A stretch of DNA of 51,062 nt from a virus. Taxonomy: Duplodnaviria; Caudoviricetes. Below are positions 28,402-38,035 of the stretch, piece after piece. How positions within the stretch are numbered: the stretch's first letter is position 1; each line of letters opens with the position of its first letter. The position numbers were made by a program, and so were the translations under genes. The stretch covers positions 1 to 51,062 of IMG/VR virus record IMGVR_UViG_3300017658_000232. The stretch is one strand, 5' to 3'. The notes below the pieces were generated by a model that did no database searches, was not told where the DNA came from, and saw only the letters and a program-made list of their open reading frames with translations.

Positions 28402-28770
28402 CTATTCTAGATTATCTTTCAATAAAATCCCTAATGTTCTAAGTGTTCTCTCATGTTTGTCAGCAGTATCAGTTCCGCCAAAAATTAAAGCTTTTCGGTT
28501 AAACAATCCAGATACATAACCTGTTGTAACCACTTCTGCAGTAGTGTCTACATCATCTGTTAAAATACAATCTGCAGACTCGCTTCCATCCGTTGCCGTG
28601 CTATTTACCTTAACAGCAAGTCCAGAAGCTGTGATTATTCCTACAACCGTCCCTCTAAGAAGTACTCCTTGACCACTTTTCAATCGAATAGACTTTGTTT
28701 CAACAGGAATAGAAGCTCCTGCAAACAAATTATCATAGCCAATTTCACCAACATCTCCATTTAGTTTCAT
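28402..28770 (-). CDS. Head decoration protein (lambda gpD-like)
   Basis: GQGVLLRGTVVG, DGSE.ADCIL, G.FN..ALIF motifs. Confidence 0.85.
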   Translation of the reverse strand: MKLNGDVGEIGYDNLFAGASIPVETKSIRLKSGQGVLLRGTVVGIITASGLAVKVNSTATDGSESADCILTDDVDTTAEVVTTGYVSGLFNRKALIFGGTDTADKHERTLRTLGILLKDNLE

Positions 28771-28771
28771 C

Positions 28772-29899
28772 TTAAAGCGCCTCCCCTAATGCATTGCTCA
28801 ACGCATTATCTTCTTCTGTTTGTGCACCATTTAAAGCATTAGTTAAAGCGTTAATCTCATTAGACTGGTTGTTTTTAGATGATCCAGGCGCATCACCACC
28901 AGGAACTTTATTCATAATTTGAGCATCATTATTTACATTGTTTAAATAGTTTGCTCCTCTTGCTTTTTCGGCTTTGATGATTTCAACAGCTAATGCACTA
29001 GCCTCGATTTTATCTTCAAATTTTGCTTTATTAATTAACTCTTCATTACCGGGCATCTGTAAATCTTCAATGTCCTTGATTCGAGCATTTTCTGCTGTCA
29101 CTCCCTCTTCATAACCAAGATTTTTCACTTGATTAAATAGTTCAGGATGATCATTTTTGAACATTTCTAAATCCATAGCTTTTGGTTCCTCCTTTTGTTG
29201 TGTTTGATTGGCTACTACAGGTACAGCAACTTGGTTGGTTATTTGAGCCGGTGCTCCTTCTCCAGAAATATTCATTCCCATCATTTCGCTTCTAAACTTA
29301 TCAATAACCTGTTGCGGCAGCATTCCCTCGCTATTTGTATGAGCATTTGCCACAATAGCCAATTCACCGTTATCAAACATAATTTCGTCAATCAAACCTA
29401 CTTCTTTTGCTTGTTGAGCAGTTAACCATTTTTCTTCGTCCATCATGGATAATAACTCCTCATGTGACTTTCCCGTTTTTAATTTATAGGCATTTGCGAT
29501 AGCTATATTAGTATTTTTTAAGATATTAGATGCTAAATCCATATCTCTATAATCTCCACTAGCTACCGCAGAAGCATTATGAATCATTATTTGACCAGTA
29601 GGAGCCATAAGAACTTTATTAGCTCCCAATGCAATATAGGATGCCGCGCTTGCTGCAAGACCTAAAATTTTAGAAACGACATTATTCGGATGATCTTTTA
29701 AAAGTGTATATATTTCTGATGCTGCATACACCGATCCACCGCCGCTATTTATTTCTACTATGATATCTTCTTTGTTATCTGGTGCGATGCTATCTAGAAT
29801 ATCACTCACCTTTTTCGGACTAGTAGCATCAATCCCAAACCAATCATAAATCCACTGATCATTGCTTGATATGATTGGTCCTCTTACACTTATTTTCAT
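28772..29899 (-). CDS. Head maturation protease, ClpP-related, with scaffold C-terminus
   Basis: INSGGGSV, GLAASAAS, MIHN, E.WLTAQQA..GLID motifs. Confidence 0.92.
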   Translation of the reverse strand: MKISVRGPIISSNDQWIYDWFGIDATSPKKVSDILDSIAPDNKEDIIVEINSGGGSVYAASEIYTLLKDHPNNVVSKILGLAASAASYIALGANKVLMAPTGQIMIHNASAVASGDYRDMDLASNILKNTNIAIANAYKLKTGKSHEELLSMMDEEKWLTAQQAKEVGLIDEIMFDNGELAIVANAHTNSEGMLPQQVIDKFRSEMMGMNISGEGAPAQITNQVAVPVVANQTQQKEEPKAMDLEMFKNDHPELFNQVKNLGYEEGVTAENARIKDIEDLQMPGNEELINKAKFEDKIEASALAVEIIKAEKARGANYLNNVNNDAQIMNKVPGGDAPGSSKNNQSNEINALTNALNGAQTEEDNALSNALGEAL

Positions 29900-31476
29900 T
29901 CTTTCACCTCCTCCTCATCTTCTTTTTCTCCTGGATTGGTTTGAGTTGTAGTAGCTGCCTTTTCTGAAACTAACCCAGCTTCTTTTCTTGCTTTTTCCTC
30001 CAAAGTACGCAATCGATTATTTTGAAAGAAATCTCCATTCCCCATAGCCACCGTTTCCTGTGAACGTGTAGAAAATCCATTTTCCACCCGTTTTTCTGCT
30101 GCGTTCACCTCCTTCAAAGGATCTAATTGTCCTTGAGAAGGGCCATTCCATTCCGCTCCACAATAAGCTTTTCTAGCCATAGGATCTGTGAAAAAACCTG
30201 GTGCATAAATACGCCCTTTTGCTATGGCTTCTGCTAAAAATTCTTCGTATATGGGTTGGCAAAAATCATTTGCCATCCAATCACGACGCATTTTAAACAT
30301 TTTCCAAGCTTCTAAAAGAGCTCCTCTAGAAGCAGAATAAGAAGCTGTAAAATGTTTTAATAATAATTCATAGGGGATTTCCAATGCTGTTCCTATTTGT
30401 CTGCAAATAGAAGTAACAAAACCATCGAAATTTGGATTCGGTCTGCCAGGATTGGATTCTTGAATTTTTTCATTTTCCCCTAAAAAATGGACGGTCCCAC
30501 TACCCAATTCAATAGTGGAATCGTCCTCGTCATCTATCAAGTCTTCATCATCAATGCTATTAAAATCACTATTTCCTTGTGCTGTTTCTGTTGTAACAAA
30601 AACAGAATACATGCCATTTATTACAGCAGCCATTAATTCTGCTTCTGAATATCTGGCCAATTGTTTCATACTCTCAATTACTGGAGCAAGAACAGGAACA
30701 CCACGGCGTTGCTCCGGTCTTTCACTTTCCATCAGATGAATAACATTCATTCTTCCAGAAGTTGCACCAAATTTAGGAATTCTTGTCCATTTATTTATCG
30801 ATGCTATCGAAGAATTGGGATGCTTATCGGCAATATAATAGGCGACTACTTCTCCCATTTGGTTAATTTCTACACCATTTATGATTTTGTCATCCTTAGT
30901 TATAGCATTATATGGAGTGCATACCCTATCAGCTTCAATAATTTTCACTCTTATATCATAGGGCATTCCCATTCTTGGCATAACTGGAAGCAATACCACA
31001 CAATCCCCACTCATTAACCAGGAAAGAAAGGCTAATTGCTGCAATTCATAAAAGTTATTCATCCTTTGAGCGTCACAATTAATAGAATCTGCCCATAAGG
31101 AAAACTCTCTTTCTACTTTTGTTTCCCATGCATCTGCTTCTTCTGTAGACATATTTAAATAATCTGCATCGATTTGAGCATTTAATCGTAATCCTGCCCC
31201 CACTACATTGGTTCGCATGGTTTTTAATGCCCCTGTTGCTAATGGAGCTCCCATATATAAATCTCTAGAACGCTCTCTAAGAGTGGGAATATTATATTCA
31301 ATATCCTCCAAAACGGAGCCAGAACTCGTTAACCATCCTTGCATGCTTTTCTTTTTAGCGCTTGCTCCATGATTATCATAACCACTGTTTATGATTTCCA
31401 ATTTCTTCTTAGCATGCACTCGATTTAACGCAGCAGCAGGACTAAAAAAAGCAACTGCTTTATCTATTAAATTCAT
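29896..31476 (-). CDS. Portal protein, lambda family
   Basis: LRERSRDL, NVVG.GL, YSASRGALLE, DPLKEV.A motifs. Confidence 0.93.
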   Translation of the reverse strand: MNLIDKAVAFFSPAAALNRVHAKKKLEIINSGYDNHGASAKKKSMQGWLTSSGSVLEDIEYNIPTLRERSRDLYMGAPLATGALKTMRTNVVGAGLRLNAQIDADYLNMSTEEADAWETKVEREFSLWADSINCDAQRMNNFYELQQLAFLSWLMSGDCVVLLPVMPRMGMPYDIRVKIIEADRVCTPYNAITKDDKIINGVEINQMGEVVAYYIADKHPNSSIASINKWTRIPKFGATSGRMNVIHLMESERPEQRRGVPVLAPVIESMKQLARYSEAELMAAVINGMYSVFVTTETAQGNSDFNSIDDEDLIDDEDDSTIELGSGTVHFLGENEKIQESNPGRPNPNFDGFVTSICRQIGTALEIPYELLLKHFTASYSASRGALLEAWKMFKMRRDWMANDFCQPIYEEFLAEAIAKGRIYAPGFFTDPMARKAYCGAEWNGPSQGQLDPLKEVNAAEKRVENGFSTRSQETVAMGNGDFFQNNRLRTLEEKARKEAGLVSEKAATTTQTNPGEKEDEEEVKE

Positions 31477-31489
31477 AAGCTATCACCCT

Positions 31490-31711
31490 TTATAAATCTC
31501 TTGGCATAAAACGTTTCGCCCTTCGTCCCTTACCTTCTAATCTAGAAATTTCATTTCGCCAAAATATGATCTGTTTATTTATTTCAGATAAATTTGCTCT
31601 AGTAAGTGACCGTGAGCCCAGACTGTAACTTTGTCCTGTAGAAACAGCCAATTCAGCATTCAACCATGCTTCTAAATGCCTCTTAGCTCTTTCTAAATCA
31701 ATTAAACTCAT
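31490..31711 (-). CDS. Head completion protein (gpW/DUF6148-like)
   Basis: AELAV.TGQSY.LG.RSLTRANL motif. Confidence 0.85.
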   Translation of the reverse strand: MSLIDLERAKRHLEAWLNAELAVSTGQSYSLGSRSLTRANLSEINKQIIFWRNEISRLEGKGRRAKRFMPRDL

Positions 31712-34704
31712 TACTTAACCCCTTTCGAAGCCGTTCTTCTTCTTCTCTTCTTACTTTTATTAGTTGACTTCACATATTCCTTTTCAAGATTTGGACTCGC
31801 GATTTCAAGAGCAGCGATATTATATACACGTAAATCTAAAGGTTCATTTCGAGCTCTTACTTTCTTCCATACCTGATAAGGAATCCCTTGTTCATATCTT
31901 GTCACTAACTTTTCTGCTGTTAGTCCTTTGAAATACTCTTCGTTATATCCTCTTCCTTTTGGAAAATGACAATAGTTCGGACCAAAATCTTCTATTTGCA
32001 AACTGGACATCAATCTAGACTTGCCTTCATTAACGCCTAAATGTACCAGAAGTGTTTTTGTTGGCTTAGGTCTACTTGTACCAGCAATTAAAGGATCATA
32101 CTCTCCTTTTCCTGTAGATTTACCTTTGATAGCATAAATTCTTCTCGCTTCTCTTGGCTTAGTAAATTTATAAACTTCTTGGGTAAAATGTCCTCCACTA
32201 TCCATACAGGTACACATAATTCCGAACTTTTTACCATCTGCTTTGCTCCAAGTTTTGGAAAGAAAAGCATCTAGTTCATCCCATACTATTTGTTCTTTCA
32301 AATCTCCATAAATAACATGGTATTGTATTCCCCATGATTCTTTTCCTTCTCCCCAGCCAACCACTTCAATTTCAAATCGATCATCTTGAGTATCAACAGC
32401 AGCCGTTAGAATTTTCACACCATCTGGAACCTCTGCGTCATTTTCATAGTTTTCGGTACGGCTCATTAAATCGCCATCCTCTAACTGTTTTCCTTCTTCT
32501 TCCCATGTTTCACCTAAGCTTGTATTTACCCAAACTTTCATTGCTTCTGGACCTTTTTTCTTTGCATCTAAAAAATCAGAAACAATTTCTCTCCATTTTC
32601 TCCACGGACTTATCAATTCGTTTAAATGAAATCCTCTATATGCAGCTTCTGGATTAGCAGCAATCCAATGTCCCTTTTGTTTCTTCCACTCATATTCTGT
32701 ATGCATGGCTCCGCATTCTTTACATGCATGATAAATGGTTTCATTTAAATCCTCTTTATTAAAAGTTATTTGTGCCCAACTTAATGGCTGCAATCCTTCA
32801 CAAGATGGACAAGGTAAGTGGTAATATTCTTTTGTACTAAGCTCAAACTCCGCTTCAATTCTGGAAGTTCCTTTATTAGTTGGTGTAGAAACAAAAACCT
32901 TTTTGCGATTATAGAAGTTATTTGTTCGCTTCTCGGCAAGAGACAAAGGGTCTCCTTCGGTACCAGCTGAAACAGGAAAGCGATCTACTTCATCTGCCAG
33001 TAAAATTCGAATGGAACGACCAGCTAAATTACTAGGTGCATTCGCTCCAACTAATGCTATATATCCACCTGGAAAGGACTTTTCTAAAGTGGTGTTACCG
33101 CCATTTCTAGTTTTTACATCGGCCACTTTTCCTCTTATTGTTGGTGTATCGCGAATCATCGGCGCTAACCTTTGCTTTGAAAAACTTTTCGCTAATTGTT
33201 CTGTCGGCTGCATTAATAATATTGGTGCTGGATCTTGAGCCATATGATAGCCTGCCATATTTAAAAGAAATTCCGTATTATGCGTTGGTATCATCATTTC
33301 ACCAGCTAAATATAAATGAGAAGGAGAGTTTACAGTAATACATCTTACTGGTCTACTTTCTACTGGATTAATCCCAATAATCCTTCTATTTTCTGTCTCA
33401 GTTGTTCTAGCTCCAACTCTACTGACTTGCCTTTCAAGTTTTCTCAATAACTTAAATACAGGCATATCATCATATACTAAAAATGAGAACCGTTCACATT
33501 CTCCGTATATTTTTTTCCCTTTATAAGTACAGACTGTAACCTTCTTTTTTCTTGTATGTTTTATTCCAAGACCGCTTAATAGATCTTGGAATCCATCGGC
33601 CAAGGATTTACTAACCGTTGAATATTCACATCTTCCTCTTTTGGTAATATGTCCATCGGAGTCCATCAGTCCTTGCAATAATGCTAATCTTTGTTCTTTA
33701 GATGAACGTAAATATTGGATTGGAATATGCTTATTTTTCAAAAGATTAAGCTCCGCTAATTTATTGTGCATAGTAGGAACCGTATGGATTACTGGATCTA
33801 GTCTACTATCATCTTTGTATTTATGTTTCATCGCATATTGTCTATGACATTCTGCACAGTAACCATGCTTAGAAAGCCCTAAAACATCTGTATTATGACC
33901 TCTAGTACAGGTATTTCCTCGTTTATAAGGATCTAATTTCACGCGCCAAGTAGATTGATTAGGATTAATAATTTCTGTTTTACTTCCTAATGCTGAAATA
34001 TATTCTAATATTTCTCTATCCTTCTCATGAATCGTAATTTGGGCAGAATAAGAATTCCCATCCCCTAACCAAACACCTAATATATATGGCGGAATTAGTA
34101 ACTCCCTTTCCTTTAATTGCAAAGAATATGCAACAGGAATAGCATATTTATTCCTATCCCCTTGTTTATAATCATGCAGCATATCTACGGTTTTTAGAGT
34201 TTTTCTTTCATACTTACTACCGTATTTGTAACTATCTACAGTCCATTGATGATCTGCATCTGCAATAATTTTAGAACCATCGGAGAAAACTACTTCATAA
34301 CATGTATGATTGTGCATGAGATTCGTTACATATTGGACTTCGCACACTTCCCCTTTTTCATCAAACAACTTATCTCCAACTTTTATATCTCCCATAGTGG
34401 TCCAACCATTAGGTGTTGGTAATTTTGTATTAATATCTAATGCTTTCCCTACCTGTGCCGACGACATAATAACCACCTTCTCACAATCTGGATCATTTAT
34501 TGAGTCCATAATACCACGTTGATAAGGTGCCCTATCCGTTCTCCATTGCCCTGGTTCTGCAGATCCTTCACTAGACAATTTTCTATGCTGGTCTGCCCAT
34601 TCACTTACCGTTAAATCTGGAGGAGGTTCAAGAATATCAACTGCTAGCTTCTGAAATAAAGCGAGCGTCTTTTTATAATCTGAGCTTGTTGTCACTGACA
34701 TCAC
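31711..34704 (-). CDS. Terminase large subunit (GpA family) containing an intein
   Basis: SSAQVGK/TE Walker A split by the insert; LLADEVDR Walker B; STPT, AVDTQDDR, RNEPLD motifs. Confidence 0.95.
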   Translation of the reverse strand: MMSVTTSSDYKKTLALFQKLAVDILEPPPDLTVSEWADQHRKLSSEGSAEPGQWRTDRAPYQRGIMDSINDPDCEKVVIMSSAQVGKALDINTKLPTPNGWTTMGDIKVGDKLFDEKGEVCEVQYVTNLMHNHTCYEVVFSDGSKIIADADHQWTVDSYKYGSKYERKTLKTVDMLHDYKQGDRNKYAIPVAYSLQLKERELLIPPYILGVWLGDGNSYSAQITIHEKDREILEYISALGSKTEIINPNQSTWRVKLDPYKRGNTCTRGHNTDVLGLSKHGYCAECHRQYAMKHKYKDDSRLDPVIHTVPTMHNKLAELNLLKNKHIPIQYLRSSKEQRLALLQGLMDSDGHITKRGRCEYSTVSKSLADGFQDLLSGLGIKHTRKKKVTVCTYKGKKIYGECERFSFLVYDDMPVFKLLRKLERQVSRVGARTTETENRRIIGINPVESRPVRCITVNSPSHLYLAGEMMIPTHNTEFLLNMAGYHMAQDPAPILLMQPTEQLAKSFSKQRLAPMIRDTPTIRGKVADVKTRNGGNTTLEKSFPGGYIALVGANAPSNLAGRSIRILLADEVDRFPVSAGTEGDPLSLAEKRTNNFYNRKKVFVSTPTNKGTSRIEAEFELSTKEYYHLPCPSCEGLQPLSWAQITFNKEDLNETIYHACKECGAMHTEYEWKKQKGHWIAANPEAAYRGFHLNELISPWRKWREIVSDFLDAKKKGPEAMKVWVNTSLGETWEEEGKQLEDGDLMSRTENYENDAEVPDGVKILTAAVDTQDDRFEIEVVGWGEGKESWGIQYHVIYGDLKEQIVWDELDAFLSKTWSKADGKKFGIMCTCMDSGGHFTQEVYKFTKPREARRIYAIKGKSTGKGEYDPLIAGTSRPKPTKTLLVHLGVNEGKSRLMSSLQIEDFGPNYCHFPKGRGYNEEYFKGLTAEKLVTRYEQGIPYQVWKKVRARNEPLDLRVYNIAALEIASPNLEKEYVKSTNKSKKRRRRTASKGVK
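33277..34443 (-). mobile_element. Class 3 intein (389 aa) with LAGLIDADG homing endonuclease
   Basis: Starts Ala (ALDINTKLPTPNGW), ends THN/T; WCT triad (DHQW, VRCITV, PTHN); ILGVWLGDG and LLQGLMDSDG motifs. Confidence 0.9.
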
Positions 34705-35245
34705 TCATTTCTTCTTCTGCTTCCTCCTCATTCAAGAACATTTTATCTTTACTAATTTCATAGAAAACGGCAGGATCATAATCTTTTAATTCATTAAGCA
34801 ATTCAATTACACCAATTTTTAAAGTGTCTTTAATGACTTGAATATCTTCTATCATCACGACTTGTGGTGCTAATTTTGAAGGAAGAGAAAGTGTTCTTTG
34901 TCTGAAAGCCATCAACATATCATTCATGACTCTCTTAACATCTTCTGATCGATGCAGCTCGCCTTTTATAATCTGTACTTCTAATTCCGTTTTTTCTCTT
35001 CGGGCTTTTGTCCATAAGGCTGTCTCGATTGCATTATCCAGTTCTTCGTCTGGCATAGCCTTCTCGATCTGATACTCAATGTACTTTTTTATAGATTGAG
35101 ATAAATCATACTGTCCTCTTCCTACTCTGACTAAGGCATTATCATCTGCTAATTGCTGTATCCTTCGTGTTGAAACACCTAGTATTTCGCTAAATTTCTT
35201 TGTACTGATGATATTGCTGTCATCGATTGAATCCTTGCGTACCAA
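34673..35245 (-). CDS. Terminase small subunit (Nu1-like)
   Basis: Winged HTH LGVSTRRIQQL..RGQYDL; TTG start after RBS AAGGAGG. Confidence 0.88.
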   Translation of the reverse strand: MVRKDSIDDSNIISTKKFSEILGVSTRRIQQLADDNALVRVGRGQYDLSQSIKKYIEYQIEKAMPDEELDNAIETALWTKARREKTELEVQIIKGELHRSEDVKRVMNDMLMAFRQRTLSLPSKLAPQVVMIEDIQVIKDTLKIGVIELLNELKDYDPAVFYEISKDKMFLNEEEAEEEMSDVSDNKLRL

Positions 35246-35337
35246 AGGTTTTCTCCTCCTTTCAAAATTATTTCCCAAGATTTCATACCGCGAAAGCGAA
35301 ATGGCCTTTTTCGCCCAGAAACTGAGCAGAAAAAATG

Positions 35338-35379
35338 CTCGCCAGCACCCGCTAGACTTTTCAAAGTCTGAAAGAACCT
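35338..35379 (-). other. Putative cos site (cosQ-like plus cosN-like)
   Basis: AGGTTCT-23 nt-GGTGCTGGCGAG parallels lambda GGGTCCT-23 nt-GGGCGGCGACCT; just upstream of terS. Confidence 0.6.
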
Positions 35380-35482
35380 AAAATATTTTTTAGTTTTAAA
35401 ACAAAATAAAAAACACTCTTTCAAATGCTTTCTTTTGGTCCATTTATACTAAATAATAAGTGAATGATCTTAGTTTTATAGA

Positions 35483-35611
35483 TTACTTGGTGATTTTCTT
35501 TGAGATAAATAAAATACTAAATAAATACATTATAAATAATCCCCATATCCACCGATATTCAATTAAATGTTGCACCGGTGTTAAATTCACAAAATCTCTG
35601 AAAAACTGCAT
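35483..35611 (-). CDS. Small membrane peptide (42 aa)
   Basis: MQFFRDFVNLTPVQHLIEYRWIWGLFIMYLFSILFISKKITK*; RBS AAGGAGG. Confidence 0.45.
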   Translation of the reverse strand: MQFFRDFVNLTPVQHLIEYRWIWGLFIMYLFSILFISKKITK

Positions 35612-35699
35612 AGAACTTCACTTCCTCCTTAAGAAGGTTATTCCTTTAATCTTTACATCATCCTTCTTTATCCAAAATAAAAAGCACCTAAAACAGGTG

Positions 35700-36083
35700 C
35701 TATCTAAGTTTATAACGTTCATGTGCCTGATCCATATTACTAAAGCTTAATACCCTTGGTTTATCTGTTAACGGGCAATAAAATACCGGATTATTACGAT
35801 TATTAAATCCTTCTATTGTTACCCACAATCCATGAAGTTTTTTAGGCACTTTAGAATCTCTAGAGTATTTTATCTTCACTCTATAATCTCTTTTAATACT
35901 GACCCAAATAGATTTCTTATAACACTCATCACATTTTTCATCCTGCCAAGAATGCTCATAACCTTCTATTTCTGCATTACATTGTTTGCAATAATATTTC
36001 TTATTTAATTTTTCTATTTCTTCGTCACTTAAAGGCATCATAAATCCGGGTCTCACGCCTGGGTCAAAAAACATCATTATCAT
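35700..36083 (-). CDS. Hypothetical protein with CxxC...CxxC zinc ribbon
   Basis: 127 aa; RBS AAAGGAGG; CKQC and CDEC. Confidence 0.7.
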   Translation of the reverse strand: MIMMFFDPGVRPGFMMPLSDEEIEKLNKKYYCKQCNAEIEGYEHSWQDEKCDECYKKSIWVSIKRDYRVKIKYSRDSKVPKKLHGLWVTIEGFNNRNNPVFYCPLTDKPRVLSFSNMDQAHERYKLR

Positions 36084-36227
36084 TCCTCCTTTCTCCTAAT
36101 TATCAAAGAAAGGAAATAAATGGACAAATACTATCGTTCGACAAATTACGACACTTAATGACCAGAAAGAATATTTCATAATCAAATAGCTAATAATATA
36201 AATAACTCTAAAAATGGCGGTGTTTAT

Positions 36228-36371
36228 ATGTGGCATTTACTTTTTGAAGTTATAGGTGTATTAAGTACTATATTTTCACTAATTAATAACGGAATAAAAA
36301 TTTACGAATTTATAGTTAACAAAATAAAAAAAAGTTTATTTGTAAAAATAAATTATATGCAATATGCATAA
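36228..36371 (+). CDS. Possible small hydrophobic peptide (47 aa)
   Basis: MWHLLFEVIGVLSTIFSLINNGIKIYEFIVNKIKK...; RBS GGCGGTG. Confidence 0.4.
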   Translation: MWHLLFEVIGVLSTIFSLINNGIKIYEFIVNKIKKSLFVKINYMQYA

Positions 36372-36372
36372 A

Positions 36373-36528
36373 TTACCTTCTCTTCTTAGCCCCACCATGC
36401 CCACGCCTTAGAGTTTGCATATTCAAATTCATTAGTTCTTCAACTTCTCGCCTACTCATTTTATCTTTCTTCCCCATCTTTTCAAGCTGTCTTAAATGTT
36501 CTGTTTTCAGATGATCGTGCACCTTCAT
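36373..36528 (-). CDS. Small basic phage protein (51 aa)
   Basis: MKVHDHLKTEHLRQLEKMGKKDKMSRREVEELMNLNMQTLRRGHGGAKKRR*; RBS GGTGATG. Confidence 0.7.
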   Translation of the reverse strand: MKVHDHLKTEHLRQLEKMGKKDKMSRREVEELMNLNMQTLRRGHGGAKKRR

Positions 36529-36598
36529 ATCATCACCAACCTATATCCGTTCAATTGTTTTCTCATATATAGGTGGCAAAGGTTGCCCTAAATCCTGC

Positions 36599-36716
36599 GA
36601 ATCTTTCTTATCTAGTAATTCTGTAAGATTCACAAAAGGGCTGTGAAGCCTTGACACATAAGCATTTTAAAAATATTTATATACGAATCATATACCTGTA
36701 CATTTATGAAATATTC
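36599..36716. other. Two 32-33-bp imperfect palindromes, putative res-type recombination site
   Basis: GAATCTTTC...GTAAGATTC (36599-36631) and GAATCATA...AAATATTC (36685-36716) just downstream of the small recombinase. Confidence 0.45.
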
Positions 36717-36777
36717 AACGGTTCAGCAGCCATCTTTTCAGTCCCTTTTTCGAAGAAAAAAACATAAAAAAATAATG

Positions 36778-37320
36778 CTAAATTTTTATCTTTAGCATTA
36801 AATCGTCTAAATGATCCTGGTCCACACCAATATATCTTAGTGTTGTAGAATCGTCTCTATGATTAAATAATTTTCTTAACGCAACTACATCATGCGTCTG
36901 TCTATAAAACATATATCCAAACGTTTTCCTCATCGTATGTGTACCAAATTCTTCAATGCCAACTGCAGCTGCCGCTTTCTTTAATAAGCTGTAAGCAGAC
37001 TCTCTTCTTATTGGTTTATTTCTTCCCTTCCTGCTTCTAAACAAATATTCATGAGCTTTCATCTTGGCAATATAATCCTTTAATACCTTTTTCAAAACAG
37101 GTCGAATAACTACCCTTTTTGCTTTTCCAGTTTTCTTCTCTCTAATGCTAATAAAATCGCCGCGAACATCTTTCACCTTTAACTTTAAAATATCCGATAT
37201 CCTTAGCCCTGTATTTATTCCCAGCATAAACATGACATAATCCCGTTCATTTCCCGCTTTTAAATATTTCTTCAGCTCTTCTAACAGCTCTGGGTCCCTA
37301 ATTGGTTGAACATACTCCAT
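36778..37320 (-). CDS. Small tyrosine recombinase (catalytic domain only)
   Basis: TGLRISD, EKKTGK, HTMRKT, FNH, TLRYIG: full R-K-H-R-H-Y set. Confidence 0.92.
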   Translation of the reverse strand: MEYVQPIRDPELLEELKKYLKAGNERDYVMFMLGINTGLRISDILKLKVKDVRGDFISIREKKTGKAKRVVIRPVLKKVLKDYIAKMKAHEYLFRSRKGRNKPIRRESAYSLLKKAAAAVGIEEFGTHTMRKTFGYMFYRQTHDVVALRKLFNHRDDSTTLRYIGVDQDHLDDLMLKIKI

Positions 37321-37321
37321 A

Positions 37322-37906
37322 TTAGTTCCCCCCTACTAACAATAATTTCTCTTCTATTTTTTTCTCCGCACGCTTTAATGTGCGAGAAACAACGGACTTT
37401 ACTATACCTCGTTCATCTGCAATTTTACTTAAAGAAAGAGCATATCCCTTTTTCATTAAATAAATTTCTCTTTCACTTTCCGTTAATACAGATAATAAAT
37501 CATCAATATGTACACGCTCAGAATAAGAAGCAGCATATTCCTTTTCTTCCCTATCCCATTCATAGCAATTTTCTGTACTTCTGAAATAACGCTGCATAAG
37601 CACTGGATCAACAGGCTTTGTATTCTGATAAACAGACCTTCGTTCAATAGCCCTTCTATTTCCCGGATTTTTCCCTGTCTTCATCCACTCAATTGCAAAC
37701 AATAAATCACTTTCCATACCAGCATAAATAATATCTTCCGCTTCTAATAGCTGCTTCTCTTCCTTGGCCAACAATCTATCCTTTTTCTTATTCCGCTTAT
37801 CTTTTATAACCTCTTGAAGACAATTAATCTGCTCTTTAAATTGCTCCCGCTTCTTCTTAATGCCTTTTAATGATAATTTGTATTGTTTTAATAAATCTTC
37901 CATCAT
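37322..37906 (-). CDS. Xpf-like phage sigma factor / late positive control factor
   Basis: DL.FAIEWM.TG..PG.RRAIERRS motif and sigma region-4 HTH (LTESEREIYLM..SLSKIA). Confidence 0.85.
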   Translation of the reverse strand: MMEDLLKQYKLSLKGIKKKREQFKEQINCLQEVIKDKRNKKKDRLLAKEEKQLLEAEDIIYAGMESDLLFAIEWMKTGKNPGNRRAIERRSVYQNTKPVDPVLMQRYFRSTENCYEWDREEKEYAASYSERVHIDDLLSVLTESEREIYLMKKGYALSLSKIADERGIVKSVVSRTLKRAEKKIEEKLLLVGGN

Positions 37907-37959
37907 GATTTCGACCCCTTTTCTAAACAAAATGGCTTCATTTCAACAATTCAATAGAC

Positions 37960-38035
37960 AAAAAAACGGACACCGATAAAACAACATAAAAATGCTGTTT
38001 GTATCAGTGTCCGCACGCTTTCGGTCTTGGACTTA
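37960..38035 (-). terminator. Long-stem terminator with overlapping possible antiterminator upstream of the xpf-like gene
   Basis: CGGACACTGATA...TATCGGTGTCCG-T7; upstream GTCC could pair with GGAC of the stem. Confidence 0.7.
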
